A stretch of DNA of 64,000 nucleotides from Antedon mediterranea (Eukaryota; Animalia; Echinodermata). Location of the stretch: contig NC_092675.1 of assembly GCF_964355755.1 (NCBI RefSeq), positions 4,459,812 through 4,523,811 of the forward strand. Direction: 5' to 3'. The position numbers and the translations under genes were made by a program. Below are positions 1 to 12,953 of the stretch, one piece after another. The notes under the pieces are model-generated. The model was not told the origin of the DNA. It saw only the letters and a list, made by a program, of their open reading frames with translations, and made no database searches. Positions within the stretch are counted from its first letter, which is position 1, and each line of letters opens with the position of its first letter.

Positions 1-115
1 AGATTTCACATGTTTCTGGCAAGGTTGCACTCGACGATACAAACCCTTCAATGCACGTTATAAATTACTGATTCACATGAGGGTTCACTCTGGAGAGAAA
101 CCAAACAAATGCACG
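1..115 (+). CDS. GLIS3: GLIS-family zinc-finger TF, exon encoding ZF2 (5' part outside window)
   Basis: Frame 2 reads [38 protein letters not shown], then donor gtatg at 116. Gene model: join(<1-115, 8990-9151, 10419-10529, 11198-11366, 15287-15488, 15965-16089, [17093-17125], 21479-21775, 22144-22298). Confidence 0.93.
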
Positions 116-3100
116 GTATGTTTGATTTTTATTAAATCGCTTTTTTACATGCTAATTAAAAGATTGCACTCCAATACACCGATGTTTGTTTCTTATCATA
201 TTCCCTTGTGCTTTGGTTGAATGCTTTTCAACTTAACTATCTTTTAAAGTCCTAAAACAGTGGTTTGATGTAGATTTCTGTGGATATAAAACAGGGCTGA
301 ACACTTAAGTGTTTATACCATGTCATCGATTTTCTCTCAATATGTTATTGCTCAAACAGTCATCTTTAATATATTAAAGCATTTCCATTTTGAATAAAGC
401 ATTATGGTCAAATAATATACTGTACAGGAGTTGTGTAAAGTAATAACTTAATTAATATGCTACTTTATTTCAGTTTTTCAACATGCACTTTTTATAAAGA
501 TATACAATTATGCTAGCAGTGGCATGTCATTGATTTGTGATGGAGAAACTTATTGTTGTGGATTCCTAACTTATTTTAACAATAAGGAAATTCCAGTGAG
601 ATGCTTTAAAACACAAGAACAATAGCATCATCATAAATTGGTGATGATAACATAGATTTTTATGAATACTTAAGCTTTAAACATTATGTAAGCTTAGAGC
701 ATCTCCCTGGTAAGATATAGAATTTCTGTCTGATTGTGGTATGTAGATTGAAAATTTACTACCCCATAGAGAATTTAAAAGCATGATTTTAACACAAAAA
801 GGCACCTGTTTCTGTCTCTCTACATATAAAATCTCCTAAATTGTAAGGAAACAATTTCTTAATATAATATTTAATATTTAACATTAACCAAGACAGATTT
901 TACTATATTTACTATTTTACTTAAAAAATTGCAAAACATATTGTGTGTTTCCAAAATATATAATATTTACTATTCTGCTCAAAGATGGTAGCAGCTGAAT
1001 TAGAAAAGATTTTAATAGTTGTTGCGATGGATTTCTGCTGGCTAAACTATTCCAAGAAAGGAATAAAGCTAAACAGTGTCAGGTGTACATTAAGAATCCA
1101 TGTACATTCATGCTAACCTACATCAGTGAACCCATTGAGTTCAGTGTCCAAATACTTGTGTCCAAATAGCTATGTTGTTGAATTCTAATTTAATAGTTGC
1201 TATTATATAACACCTAAATAGATTCCTGTCATTTGATTGGATGATTATTGATCACGTGGTGTCTGAGTAAACTTAATGTTAAACAATCATGTAATATCCA
1301 ATCATCCGGAAGCAGCAACGCGAGGAGGCGTGACCCCCGCTTCAACACAACAACAAGAAAATTGAGATATGTTGCATTTTTTCTCTTTTGAATAATGATA
1401 TTGCTAAATAACCTACTTGATGCAGACTCTTCAAACAAAAAATGGAGAGTTTTAAAAACAATTTCATCTTTCATGAATGTCTCAACCCATTAGTAAAGAA
1501 ATACACAACAACAAACATTGAGCTTCCAGGAATTATAGTTTTACATCACATGTTTTTAAAATGCATGTTCGGTCATTGTGCTTTTCTGTTTTTAAAACAC
1601 AGAATCCTGTAAACATTGTTGAAGGAGTGTACGATAGTTGTTTTTGTCATAAATGGAAAGCAGAACATTTGTTATAAGGACATTGACCACAAACATACCT
1701 CAAAATGCCATCAAGTTCCACATAAGTAACTCACTCACTCTGTGTATCATAACATTCACTAGTAACAAACGTTCCACTGCATGTTTTTATATATCAAAAA
1801 ATTATTATATAAACATGTTTTTTTATGTACTTTCTTTGTTTACTACTTCTGATCCTTTTATAAATCAAATTGTCAATTTTAGTACAAATGTTCTAGGACC
1901 ACCTGTCGAACTTCTTGGTGCATTGAAGTAAAAACTACCAGATATATAAGTTTAAATTGAACATTGTGTGTGTCAGTCTATTACGTGACTAGCTTACCTG
2001 GATGAACCCCTTCAAGGGGAGAACATAACCGAAAAATAAAAATTTATTCCTGAACTCCTTTCCAAGACAATGGTGTCGCCCCTGAACCATGCCCTCAGGT
2101 GGGCGGCAACGCCCCTGCATATCTCACCATTGATTTTGAACTCGATTTTGAGACCTTTATAAACATAAACATAATCTTCATTGTGAATGTGAATTACAAG
2201 TTAAAATTACATATGAGCTAATTTAGATTTCATATTTTTATTAGACTATGCTTACAAATTCCAAGATTTGTCTCTGCATATTTTCATGTTCTCTGATAAC
2301 AACAAAATACTGGTATTTTTGTAGTTTTTTATGATGAAAAAACATTTTAAATATGTAGCACTGAAATAGCCATAAATACCTCCCTGGTTTAGATGACCGC
2401 AAACTGAGCTTAAGCAAGCAAAAATACAACATTCTTGACAAAATTAGGTTGCCAAACTGGTATGTTGTCAACAACTTATTTTACCATGTAAACAAAATTG
2501 GAAGAGCTGGCAATTTAAATGTAAAGTTAAAGATTAAAATGGGAGTCATCACGCCATACTTTGTTGAATGGTTGTCATGTCTGAGTATGACAAGCATGTA
2601 CAAAAAACAGACACATAATATCCTTTGTTTACCAACCTTAAAGTAACATTAGGAATTGGAATAGGAATTGTTTGCTGTAAATTAGGTTTATAAATAGTGC
2701 CATGTTAAAAGGTTACAAATAACAGGTTTAAGAAAAAACAAGGACATTTGCTTGTTACAACTTTGGAAAGTAATAATCTAGTCCATTTCGTCCCTAGCTT
2801 ACCTGGATAAACCGACAATAGCCTTTCTCCTCGAAGATATAACTCGAAAAAGTAGAAATTTTCAACTGGAAATATTTGTTTTGTTATTTTAAATTGAATA
2901 TATTTTCCATTATTTGCAGTTTTTTCGATTGTTTGTATTTCAACAATTGCAGTTTGTTGGAATATAGAATAATTGACAATAATACCAAATACAGTTATCA
3001 TGAAAGTCCTATTAATTACAATGTGTAATAACTTGTCAATTAATCAATCAATCAATCAACCTTGAGCCATAATCACTAACATATCATTCATCATCAAATG

Positions 3101-3839
3101 ATTGATTACTCAGTTAAATATAGACAATCAATCAATCAATTATTTCAATATAGAATTAGCTAATTTAAATCAATCAAATAAACTTTCAAATTTTTACAAG
3201 TTATGTAAAATCTTAAAACATTAAAAAAAAAATTAAAAATTGGCAGTAGGGTAATGCTGTTTTATTTCATCAATCATCTTGAATATCATTTTATATCTTG
3301 TTACAGTATCAAATTGTTTCTCTGAAATGAGTTTGTTGAACTAAAAGTACCATACTTAACTATAATCTATTTTTGTATTTTATTAAAGATGCATGATCAG
3401 TGTATAACACCCACAGCTTTCTTTTTCTTATTCCGCCCACAAAATCCTGTTTAAAGAGTTGTTTATGAAAATCAAACTTAAGGATGTTAGATTTCCTTCT
3501 GGACATCAGTCATCACTTAATTTATATTAAATGATATTGAATATATGGTTATTATTTTTCCATGTGTACATCTTTTCTCTCTCCTTGGATAGTCAAAGCA
3601 AATATACAGATGTGTAATAAGTAAAAGGTTACTGTGTACCTGTCTCTACTGTAAAGTTGTTTTTATTTCCTAACTGATGTTTATTTGTCAAACCAGGCTC
3701 CAACAGGTCTTGTTAAATATCATGGTTATTCATTTCATAATGCGTCTTTCATAATCTAGTCTGTAGCTTGTGCAATCCTTTACTGTATTTCATTCCTTCA
3801 TTTACTTTGTTCTACTTTCCTTGATTTATCTTTCTACTT

Positions 3840-4500
3840 AATCCTTATTTTCCACCCATCATTCTTTTCTTCTTTTTCTTTTTCCTTCTTTTTCTCCTTT
3901 TTCCTTTCCTTTCTTTTTCTCTTATTCTTTTCTTTTTACTTTTCCCTTCTTTTCCACCCATTTTTCTTTTCTTTTTTCTTCTTTTTCTCTTATTCTTTTC
4001 TTTTTACTTTTCCCTTCTTTTCCACCCATTTTTCTTTTCTTTTTTCTTCTTTTTGTCATATTCTTTTCTTTTTACTTTTCCCTTCTTTTCCACCCATTAT
4101 TCTTTTCCTTTCCTTTCTTTTTCTCTTATTCTTTTCTTTTTACTTTTTCCTTCTTTTCCACCCATTATTCTTTTCATTTTCCTTCTTTTTCTCATATTCT
4201 TTTCTTTTTACTTTTTCCTTCTTTTCCACCCATTATTCTTTTCTTTTTCCTTCTTTTTCTCTTATTCTTTTCTTTTTACTTTTCCCTTCTTTTCCACCCA
4301 CTATTCTTTTCTTTTTTCTTCTTTTTCTCATATTCTTTTCTTTTTACTTTTCCCTTCTTTTCCACCCACTATTCTTTTCTTTTTTCTTCTTTTTCTCATA
4401 TTCTTTTCTTTTTACTTTCCCTTCTTTTCCACCCATTATTCTTTTTCTTTTCCTTCTTTTTCTCTTATTCTTTTCTTTTTACTTTTCTCTTCTTTTTATT
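3840..4500. repeat. Polypyrimidine/polypurine minisatellite (~60-bp unit)
   Basis: About 10 copies of TTTTCCACCCATTATTCTTTTC...TTTTTACTTTTCCCTTC. Confidence 0.9.
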
Positions 4501-5004
4501 CAATTATCCTTTATTGTTGTTACTTCTTCCTCATCCTTTTAAATGTTAAAATAAAATGTTAAATGTTATAAATTTTGTTTCTTTTTACTATTTCATTTTT
4601 TCTTGTCTTTCCATCATCTTTTTCTTCTTTTTACTTTCTTCCTTCCATCAACCTTTTTTTTTCCCATTTTTGTCTGTTCTTCAATTCACCTTTTTCTTGT
4701 ACAGATCTACAGTAGTTCTTTTAATTCACCATATTAGCCTAATGCCCTAGGCTTTCTTAACCTTGACCATTGTAAGGTTTGTTAATAAATAATATATTCT
4801 TACCTAATCTCCCTACTTTCCCCCATCCCGTTTGGATCCACCCCAGAGCCATCATTCTAAATTCATGATGTATTAATGTAGTACAGACAAACATTTATGA
4901 ACCTGCAGACAACATCTAGAGTAACTTGATTTAAGTAAAACAATTTCCTTTAATGCATCATGCTATTTTGGTGTTAATATCGTAATAGAAAGGTTACTGT
5001 TTAA

Positions 5005-5433
5005 CCCATAATGTTACCAGACCGGACTATTTTCCCCATGGCTATCACAACATTCATGAGAACAAAATTTCTACATATTTTTATACCACCGGAGTCTGAA
5101 ATAAGAAATCGTAGACCCCGTTTGTTGATCTTTGTATCATTACCTATAAAAAAAAATAAATAAAAAGTAAATCATGAAAAACATGTTCTCTCCTAATCAT
5201 CTATTATTAATTTTGTTACCTCTTGATATGTCCGACTACTAAATTCTGAAGATGTATCCTATATAAACAGAAATAATAAATTGTACCTTTCGTGGTACCA
5301 TTTTTTACTCACTTCTATCAAGATTTGTTTCAGTATGTTTACAAGATGACAATCCAACCATTCACTTTTTATAGGACCTTATTTTCTACATGAAATGATT
5401 CATGTTTTGTCGTAATACCATGTCACGTTAGGG
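5005..5433. mobile_element. Degenerate piggyBac-like MITE
   Basis: ttaa|CCCATAATGTTAC ... GTCACGTTAGGG|tcaa. Confidence 0.4.
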
Positions 5434-8400
5434 TCAATAACCTCTCTGATTGACACCTTATATATCCTATAGCATCAGCCTCAAAACATAAACAGTGATG
5501 ATTTCAGTAGGCTCCAACCACAGCCTACAGAAGGTCACATACTCCACAAAGCTAGCCTGTCAAACTTATTACTTCCCTGGAGTTGAATTTCATGCCCGCG
5601 AGGCTTGCCTCCCAACTGAAGAATGGTTTTAATTATAATCCTGTTAACTTGATCTTCAATTGGCCATAGACATTTATGTATGTTCAAATTGAATTGTTAT
5701 TATTATTAGTTGACAAATTTTGAAATTGAAAACCAATTTTTTTGTTTCCAGACTTTGAACCTGAGTATTTTTAATTTGCTTTATGATTTATCTCATATTT
5801 GCTTAGTTTTTTCATATGATTTTAGAATATTATGTTTACTAAACTAAAGTACAAAGTTAACTACAAATCAGTTGTATTTCTTCCTGTATGACCTGAATAC
5901 TGAAGAGTTAGGATGCAATAATTATTGAAAAATCTAATAGAGGAAGCAATATTTCTATTTTTTTTTTTACATTTAGGGCCTAAATTTTCTTAGGTCTTAG
6001 GTGATTAATTTTGTAATTGGGTAAAATTTATATACATTGAATATGATCTTGTGCTATTGAAACGTAAAACATCAAAATAATACTGCTTGTAACTAAGCAA
6101 TAACCTTGTATCTAAGCAGCCATTGGTTGCTAAGCAACCATTTGGTTTCCTTGTAGTGACCCTCTAGTTTACACAAATTGCCAGCAAAGCAAAACCATTT
6201 TTAAAATATGTATTATATAACAGTATATTTGTTATTACATATTTTCAATTAAATATGAGCATGTGATTTAATTTTTATTACATATCGTTTAAGTTCTGTG
6301 TGAATATAAATAACTACCTGTATTGAGATAATAACTTGGTCTAAAAGTTGATAGGAAAGGCATTATAGACATTAGAAAGAAATAACTACAGTAGCTAGTT
6401 CTACGTTGTTATTTTTAATTTCAAACAGTAATTAAAAAAAAAACCAGATACAAGTTCTGGTTGATATTGTATTGATGGCACCTTGCACTTTTAAGATGTT
6501 TATTACCACTAAATCCCCTTTGCCCTTTATTCAATTCTCTAACCTAGACACACTTGTTACAACAACAACCCAGATATAATTGTACAGTATTAACTTTAAT
6601 AATGATATTGCAAGAAACAACAATACCAGATTAAATCCACGCTTATCACTAAAGAACTCAATTTTTACGAGTCTTTTTTAGCCACACTTATACAAAACAA
6701 GTACCATGCTTAAACTAGGATTATCTATTCTACCTATACATTTTATTTACAATATACCAGAATGCTATTTTTCTATTTACGTTATTGTTCAATAAAGTTT
6801 ATTGAAAAATCACAATGAGATTATTTAAAATCTTATAATTGTTGTTTACGCTATCAGATTATAAGGCTTGCTCAATAAAAGTGTTTTTAACTTTTAAATC
6901 CAAAACATGTTTTGTTGAAATGATTTTATTTCTCATGTAACCTAGATAAAAACATCATAAAAATTTGTACATATCTTTAGTAGTTCAAATAATTTAAAGA
7001 AGGGTTAAATCACAGGTAAAGTATATTAAGTATATACTGTATTATCGGATGTAATAAACGATAAGACTACAAAGAAACAAAGAAAATGCTGACAAATCTG
7101 CTGGCTAAATTTGTTGTAACTGTGGTTTTTAAAAGGGTAAAGTACACCATTTAATTACTATAATTATTAAAGGACTGACAGTCTGTCTGAACAACAATTT
7201 CATTTTTTCTGATCTTCAAATCTTTTTAAATAATGTTACTTTTTATGTATTTAAAGTGTATTGCTAAAAGAAAGTATAATTTACATACTGAATTAGAAAT
7301 ATGATACATAGAATAATAATATATACATATCTTGAATAAAAATTTTTTTTTTGATTTAGAGTAATAATTGATAGTATCATTGTGCTTAATTTATTATTGT
7401 CTATGCAACATTCGTTTTATTAAAATATTACCAACATGCTCATTTAACAATGCTTCATTAAGAAATATTTTTAATGTTCGAGCGAAAACATAATGTTATG
7501 TAATGATAAGCAGGGAGGTATAAACCTAGTCTAGGATCCAGACAGAGTTTTGACTTAATATTAGTAAAAAGATAAATGTTTTGGCACCTGGCGTTTCATA
7601 CATATACTACTTGAGCTTATATATTAATTTTGACTGGTGGACTAACATGAAAAGACAATAAGTACAGATTGGGGGAAAGTCTAGTATAAACCTTGCAATA
7701 AGTAAAACTTATGAACAGTTACACTAGTACATGTGATCGAGCCACACTAGCGTCAATTAAAAATTGAATTGAGTCCGATGTCATACCATGTTAGTGATGA
7801 AGAGGATTTCATGTTTTTGATGGTTTAAATATGGCTTTAAATAAACTACTTGTGATTTACAGTGGCCGCTATGTTAAAGCATGGTTTAAAGTAAACTAGA
7901 AATCACCATTCACCACAAGAACAGTAAAGTACAATATAAGTCACTGAACAAAGTATTGTGCGGCTTGATTCATTATTATTTTTTTAGACCATGGAGTAAA
8001 GAATAAGTTAGACATTAATCATTTGAACAATGTAAGCCCAATTGCAAATCCTGATTGGAACACTGCCAAACCCTGATAATGAAATAATAAACATAAGATA
8101 ACATTATGGATTTACTGTTGAACTTTTTATACTCCCAGCTGTCGCTGTTGGTGCAAACAAAAATGAAAATCTTTAGTTTATAGTCAAGACATTAAATAAT
8201 TTTCAAGTGTTAGCTATTCACAAATAGTATTGTATTAAACGGTATGCATATAAATTTCGCAGAAACTTTCACACTTGTTGTGATTTAAGTATTGTGTATA
8301 CTATTCCATGACGCATTTAGTTATTTGGATTATCGTACACAAAATATAAGACCGTAATCAAATGATGTTTGATAATGTAAACAAATATATCTAAAATAAA

Positions 8401-8989
8401 TAAAAGTTCTCTAAACTAATCAAATCAAAACAAAGACTATTACTACAATACTCTCTCACCCTTTTAATTCCCCCCCCTCTCCCTCTCTCTTATATTTATT
8501 TATTACAGCAATGCACGTACAAATTTTAATTTATAAAGTCATACATAATAAAGTGGCAAAATATTTTCATGTAAATTTGTTTAGTCTTGGAATTGTATTT
8601 TTTTTTTTTTTTCGGGGACAAAATCCACCAGAAGTTGTTGAAATTATAGTATCGCCACATCATTTGTCATTTTCATCAGACATATACAGTAGATATATCA
8701 CACAACTCTTGGCATATGAAGATACCAAGGACCATCCCAATTGCTCAAAATAGAGAGCACATTTATCATCATATTAACCCTTTCCCCCAACATGTCAACA
8801 GTGCTGAACTGAAGTTCTAGCATACCAACAGTGAACTGGAAGTTTGACTGCATGTATTGTTGTAGTCCATTTTGTAAATATGCAAAAGAAAATTACACAA
8901 TTAATATACTGTAGTTTCTAAATAATTGTATTACTTGATAAAAATGTATTTTGTCTTAAATTGTTTTTGTTTTTTGTATGATTTTGTAG

Positions 8990-9151
8990 TTCGAAGGTTG
9001 TAACAAAGCTTTTTCAAGACTTGAGAATCTAAAAATACACCTGCGATCACATACAGGCGAGAAACCATACCTATGTCAACATCCTGGCTGTACGAAAGCC
9101 TTCAGTAACTCATCTGACAGGGCTAAGCACCAACGAACGCATCTTGATACA
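8990..9151 (+). CDS. GLIS3: GLIS exon, ZF3-ZF4
   Basis: ttgtag acceptor, [54 protein letters not shown], gtaagt donor; 162 nt, phase 0-0. Confidence 0.96.
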
Positions 9152-9527
9152 GTAAGTACAGTCAAAAAGTCTTCAGTTACTCGTTGGATAGGGAGCGCTA
9201 AGCACCAACGAACAAAGTTGATATGATAAAAGGCTATTGGGATAGTACGTTTATATGAAGAAAACAAAATAAAAAAATTTTAAATTAATTATTTTTAAAC
9301 AATTCCCCAACTATTTCTTTATTCATTGATCATTCACCTAATATTTGCGGTGAGAACAGAACATAATGAAAAGAAAAAAAACATGAATAACTAAATAAAC
9401 TAAAAACTTTACAAGCAATAAATCAATCAATCATTAGGAGATCATTTTTCCTGTGCAGAACTTAAATATTTGTTACAAAATTTATCGAATGCATTGTAGT
9501 TTTCATGTTATTTAACAGATCATGTAA

Positions 9528-9690
9528 AGCTCTGTCTACACTATCAAACTAGTTTGACAAAAAAAGTGCAATGTGCCTAAATATTGTAGTGATATGCTTA
9601 AATATGGTAGTCATATGACATCATCATGTCCCTATATGGGCTCATCAAATTTGTTTTTGTCACATAAAGTTTAATAGTGTAGACAGAGCT
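9528..9690. mobile_element. PIF/Harbinger-like MITE family A, copy 1
   Basis: TIR AGCTCTGTCTACACTATCAAAC; TAA target-site duplication. Confidence 0.85.
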
Positions 9691-10418
9691 TAATGTGAGT
9701 TTTACTTGAATATCAGGTGAACTAAAGTTCTTGTTTTTCGTCAGCACCTAGTTGACCAGTAATGTAAATCATTTCCGCACTGTAACTTACCTTATTCTGG
9801 TTCAATGCTATCAGTCTGACAGGTTTTGTGATTGAAATATGCTTTTAAAGATTATATAATGCATCATTTTTTTGTTCAAATCAAACATATCATTTTGTAT
9901 TGTAATGAAAACTAAAATATCACCTGCTCTTGCAAATATTCCTCCACGAATTATCGATGCTTTCATTATAATATTATCCTCCTTTCTTTTAATCATACAT
10001 TTTCCCAGACTCTGATGCTAGACCAAAAATTCACATACCGTAATAACTATTTACACATACCAGGGGAATTGTTTAGTATGGTGTGTAAACCCAACAGTTT
10101 GTGTCATCAGTTTTAGCATTATAATAGAACCTGGTTGAATATAAAAATGATATATTTATTGTAGAAACAATTGCGATAGACGGTTTGACACTTTTTAGCC
10201 ATTATCATCACACTGCAGGGCGATGGCTTCCCCAAGCTGAACCAATCCTTTTCTGTCCAGCACAGCTCTAAATCCAGAATATACCAGTAAATGCTGCAAT
10301 CTCATCTCTCCATCTCTCTGGTTTTTGGTATTCATATAGTCTTGTGTGCCTGTGTTTGGAGCCTATTCTGCAATTAATTCATAATTTTTAGTAATAATCT
10401 TTTTTTTTTAATCTCTAG

Positions 10419-10529
10419 AAACCATATGCATGTCAGATTGCAGGTTGTACTAAACGCTACACAGATCCTAGCTCACTACGCAAGCATGTAAAGGCACACA
10501 CAGCCAAAGATCAGCAAGCAAGGAAAAAG
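10419..10529 (+). CDS. GLIS3: GLIS exon, ZF5
   Basis: [37 protein letters not shown]; ctctag acceptor, gtttga donor. Confidence 0.95.
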
Positions 10530-10568
10530 GTTTGACCAACAGTGTAGTTTAATATAAATATATTATAA

Positions 10569-10775
10569 AGCTCTATCTACACTATCAAAATTTATGCGAC
10601 AACAAAATGTGATGTGCCCATATATGGACATGATGATGTCATATCACTACTATATTTAAGCATATCACTACCATATTTGGGCACATCACACTACCATATT
10701 TGGGCACATCACACTTCCATATTTGGGCACATCACACTTTTTTTGTCAAACCATTTTGATAATGTAGACAGAGCT
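10569..10775. mobile_element. MITE family A, copy 2
   Basis: Same TIRs; internal CCATATTTGGGCACATCACA repeated; TAA/TTA flanks. Confidence 0.85.
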
Positions 10776-11197
10776 TTACGTTTAAAATATGTTCAAATCA
10801 GTGCTGTTCAATCATTTACAGTCATTTACATATAGTATAAAAGAACAATAATCTGCCCCAATTTGTATTTGAATTTTTTATGATAAATAAAACCACATGA
10901 AAAAAAAATCATGATATCACATATCTAATGTCACATGTCATCTCCCATGGCATCACATTGACCTGTGACAGCTTTATGTTATATCACATTATGACATTAT
11001 AATATATGACTTAGATGTTGTGATATTGTTAATGTACTCAAACATTAAAACTAAACTAAAAACACGTATATGGTTTCAATGTTCTGTAATTGAAGAATTA
11101 ATAAAATATTATATAAAACCGCAAAAAAAGCAGTTAAGAAACAAAGTTTTAAGAATATTTCTGTCTCGTATATTTGATTATTTATTTTATTTCACAG

Positions 11198-11366
11198 CTT
11201 CGAACAAGAGAAGATTTCGGTAGGCCTGATATTCTGAACGACTGTTTAACAATTTCTGGATTACAAACGTTTGGACATGCAGACAGTCCGATGGAGATGA
11301 GTGACAGCGCCCTCGGAAGATCACTTAATTCCTCGATGACTGGTACCGGTTCCGATATGTTTCCAG
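11198..11366 (+). CDS. GLIS3: GLIS exon, post-ZF region
   Basis: cacag acceptor, LRTREDFGRPDILNDCLTISGLQ...DMFP(G), gtaaag donor; LxDCLT motif as in GLIS1/3. Confidence 0.88.
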
Positions 11367-12541
11367 GTAAAGCATTTTTGGGTTATCTGAATAAAATAGA
11401 TTGAAAGTGAGCTATCTGTGTGTCTATCAGTGACTGGATTTCAATGGAGATAAAAAATATACAGCAAAAAGCTAAATCAAAACAGTAGAGTAAAACAGGC
11501 AGAAAAAAAGTGCCAAGCTTTCAGACAATACTATTCCTTCATCAGGACTATTCAGAGTACTTGGAAAGAGACTTTTCATCTTTTGTAATCTTTGCCTTAA
11601 AATTCACTTAAAATTGATGCTTTGTAAACTATTTGCCTTGATAATAAATAAAATATGATTATGCTAACAAAATGGAAAATCAATAAACATTAAAATATCA
11701 TAAAACATCAAATGATTAAATAATAATAATAATAACATTCAATGCCTATTAGTATATTATATGATTAGTCTTTCAAAGCAGTTATAAAAAATCCCTATTT
11801 TATTTAATAATAAATAAAATAAATTCCTTATATATACATAGATTTTCATTTTGTTACTACAACAAAGCAGTTGTATGTATCATAATGATGACAATAATAA
11901 TAGTTGATTGTTTTGATTCCGATTGTTTACTGTTGCTATAGTGATATCATTCTATAGCATTGTTATTATACACTTTCCAATAAACGGAATTACTTCCTTT
12001 TCAAACGTGTTCAGCATGTTCTCTCTTGCATCCTGTTTCTAAAGAAATACTCCAAAGAACGGTATTATTCAAAATTAGTTGTGGTACTTGTTAATAATTT
12101 AAGACTCTGCTGTAGCTTAATTTCTACACAAAATAAAACCGGTTTCTCAGTTATTGGTCCTTTGTGGTTATTGTCATGCAAACATTCGCGCCATTCTGTG
12201 AGATTGGTTCGTTTTTGTGAGGATCTTCTAAATTCAAGGACATAAACTTCTTTAGAAATAATCGTTTGTGTACTTCTGTAGGATTAGTATTTAAAAGAAA
12301 TCCCACAATTCTCATTTATAATATTCCCGCCAGTTCCTTCCGTGGCCCAGCAGGTGTATTGGCCTATCTGATAGAACTTGTGGAGCCACACTCTTCTCAT
12401 CTTTAACAACAAACACCTGTATTCTAAACACCTGCACATTTGACTATGTGTTATAAAAAGTTTAATTAGCTGAAGATCAGGGAAGAGTGAATAATTTCTA
12501 AACAATATACAAATGAAATGAACAACAGAACATATAAATAT

Positions 12542-12953
12542 GGGGAATTTCCCAAATATATAAAATTTAGGACTACTGTTATTTCAAGTAAATACCTACA
12601 TTTTACCATATATTTAGATTTTACTGAATAGTATGTAAATTATATAGAAATTAAATAATATATTTAATTAAATATATGGCTTCAAATGAAACCATGGAAC
12701 ACTAAATTAGTAATGAAACCTTAATTGTGAATGAGATTTAATTACAGAATTATGGAATTTCCCAACTATATACAATTTAGGACTGCAGAGTTATATCAAA
12801 TCTTTTAATAGTAAATACCTACATTAACCATATTTATTTACTGAATAGTAAATAATAGAAATTAGATTATAGATTTAATATATATGGCTTCATGAGAAAC
12901 CGTGGAACACTGTTTATATGAACCAACACTAATTGTGAATGGAATTTAATTAA
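12542..12953. repeat. Diverged tandem duplication (2 x ~205 bp)
   Basis: Both units run GGAATTTCCCAA...TTTAGGACT...AGTAAATACCTACATT...TGGAACACT...TAATTGTGAATG. Confidence 0.85.

Noticed and set aside
4053-4750. Phe/Ser/Leu-rich ORFs (169 aa and 64 aa)
   Set aside because: Translation of a pyrimidine repeat; stop codons are depleted by composition
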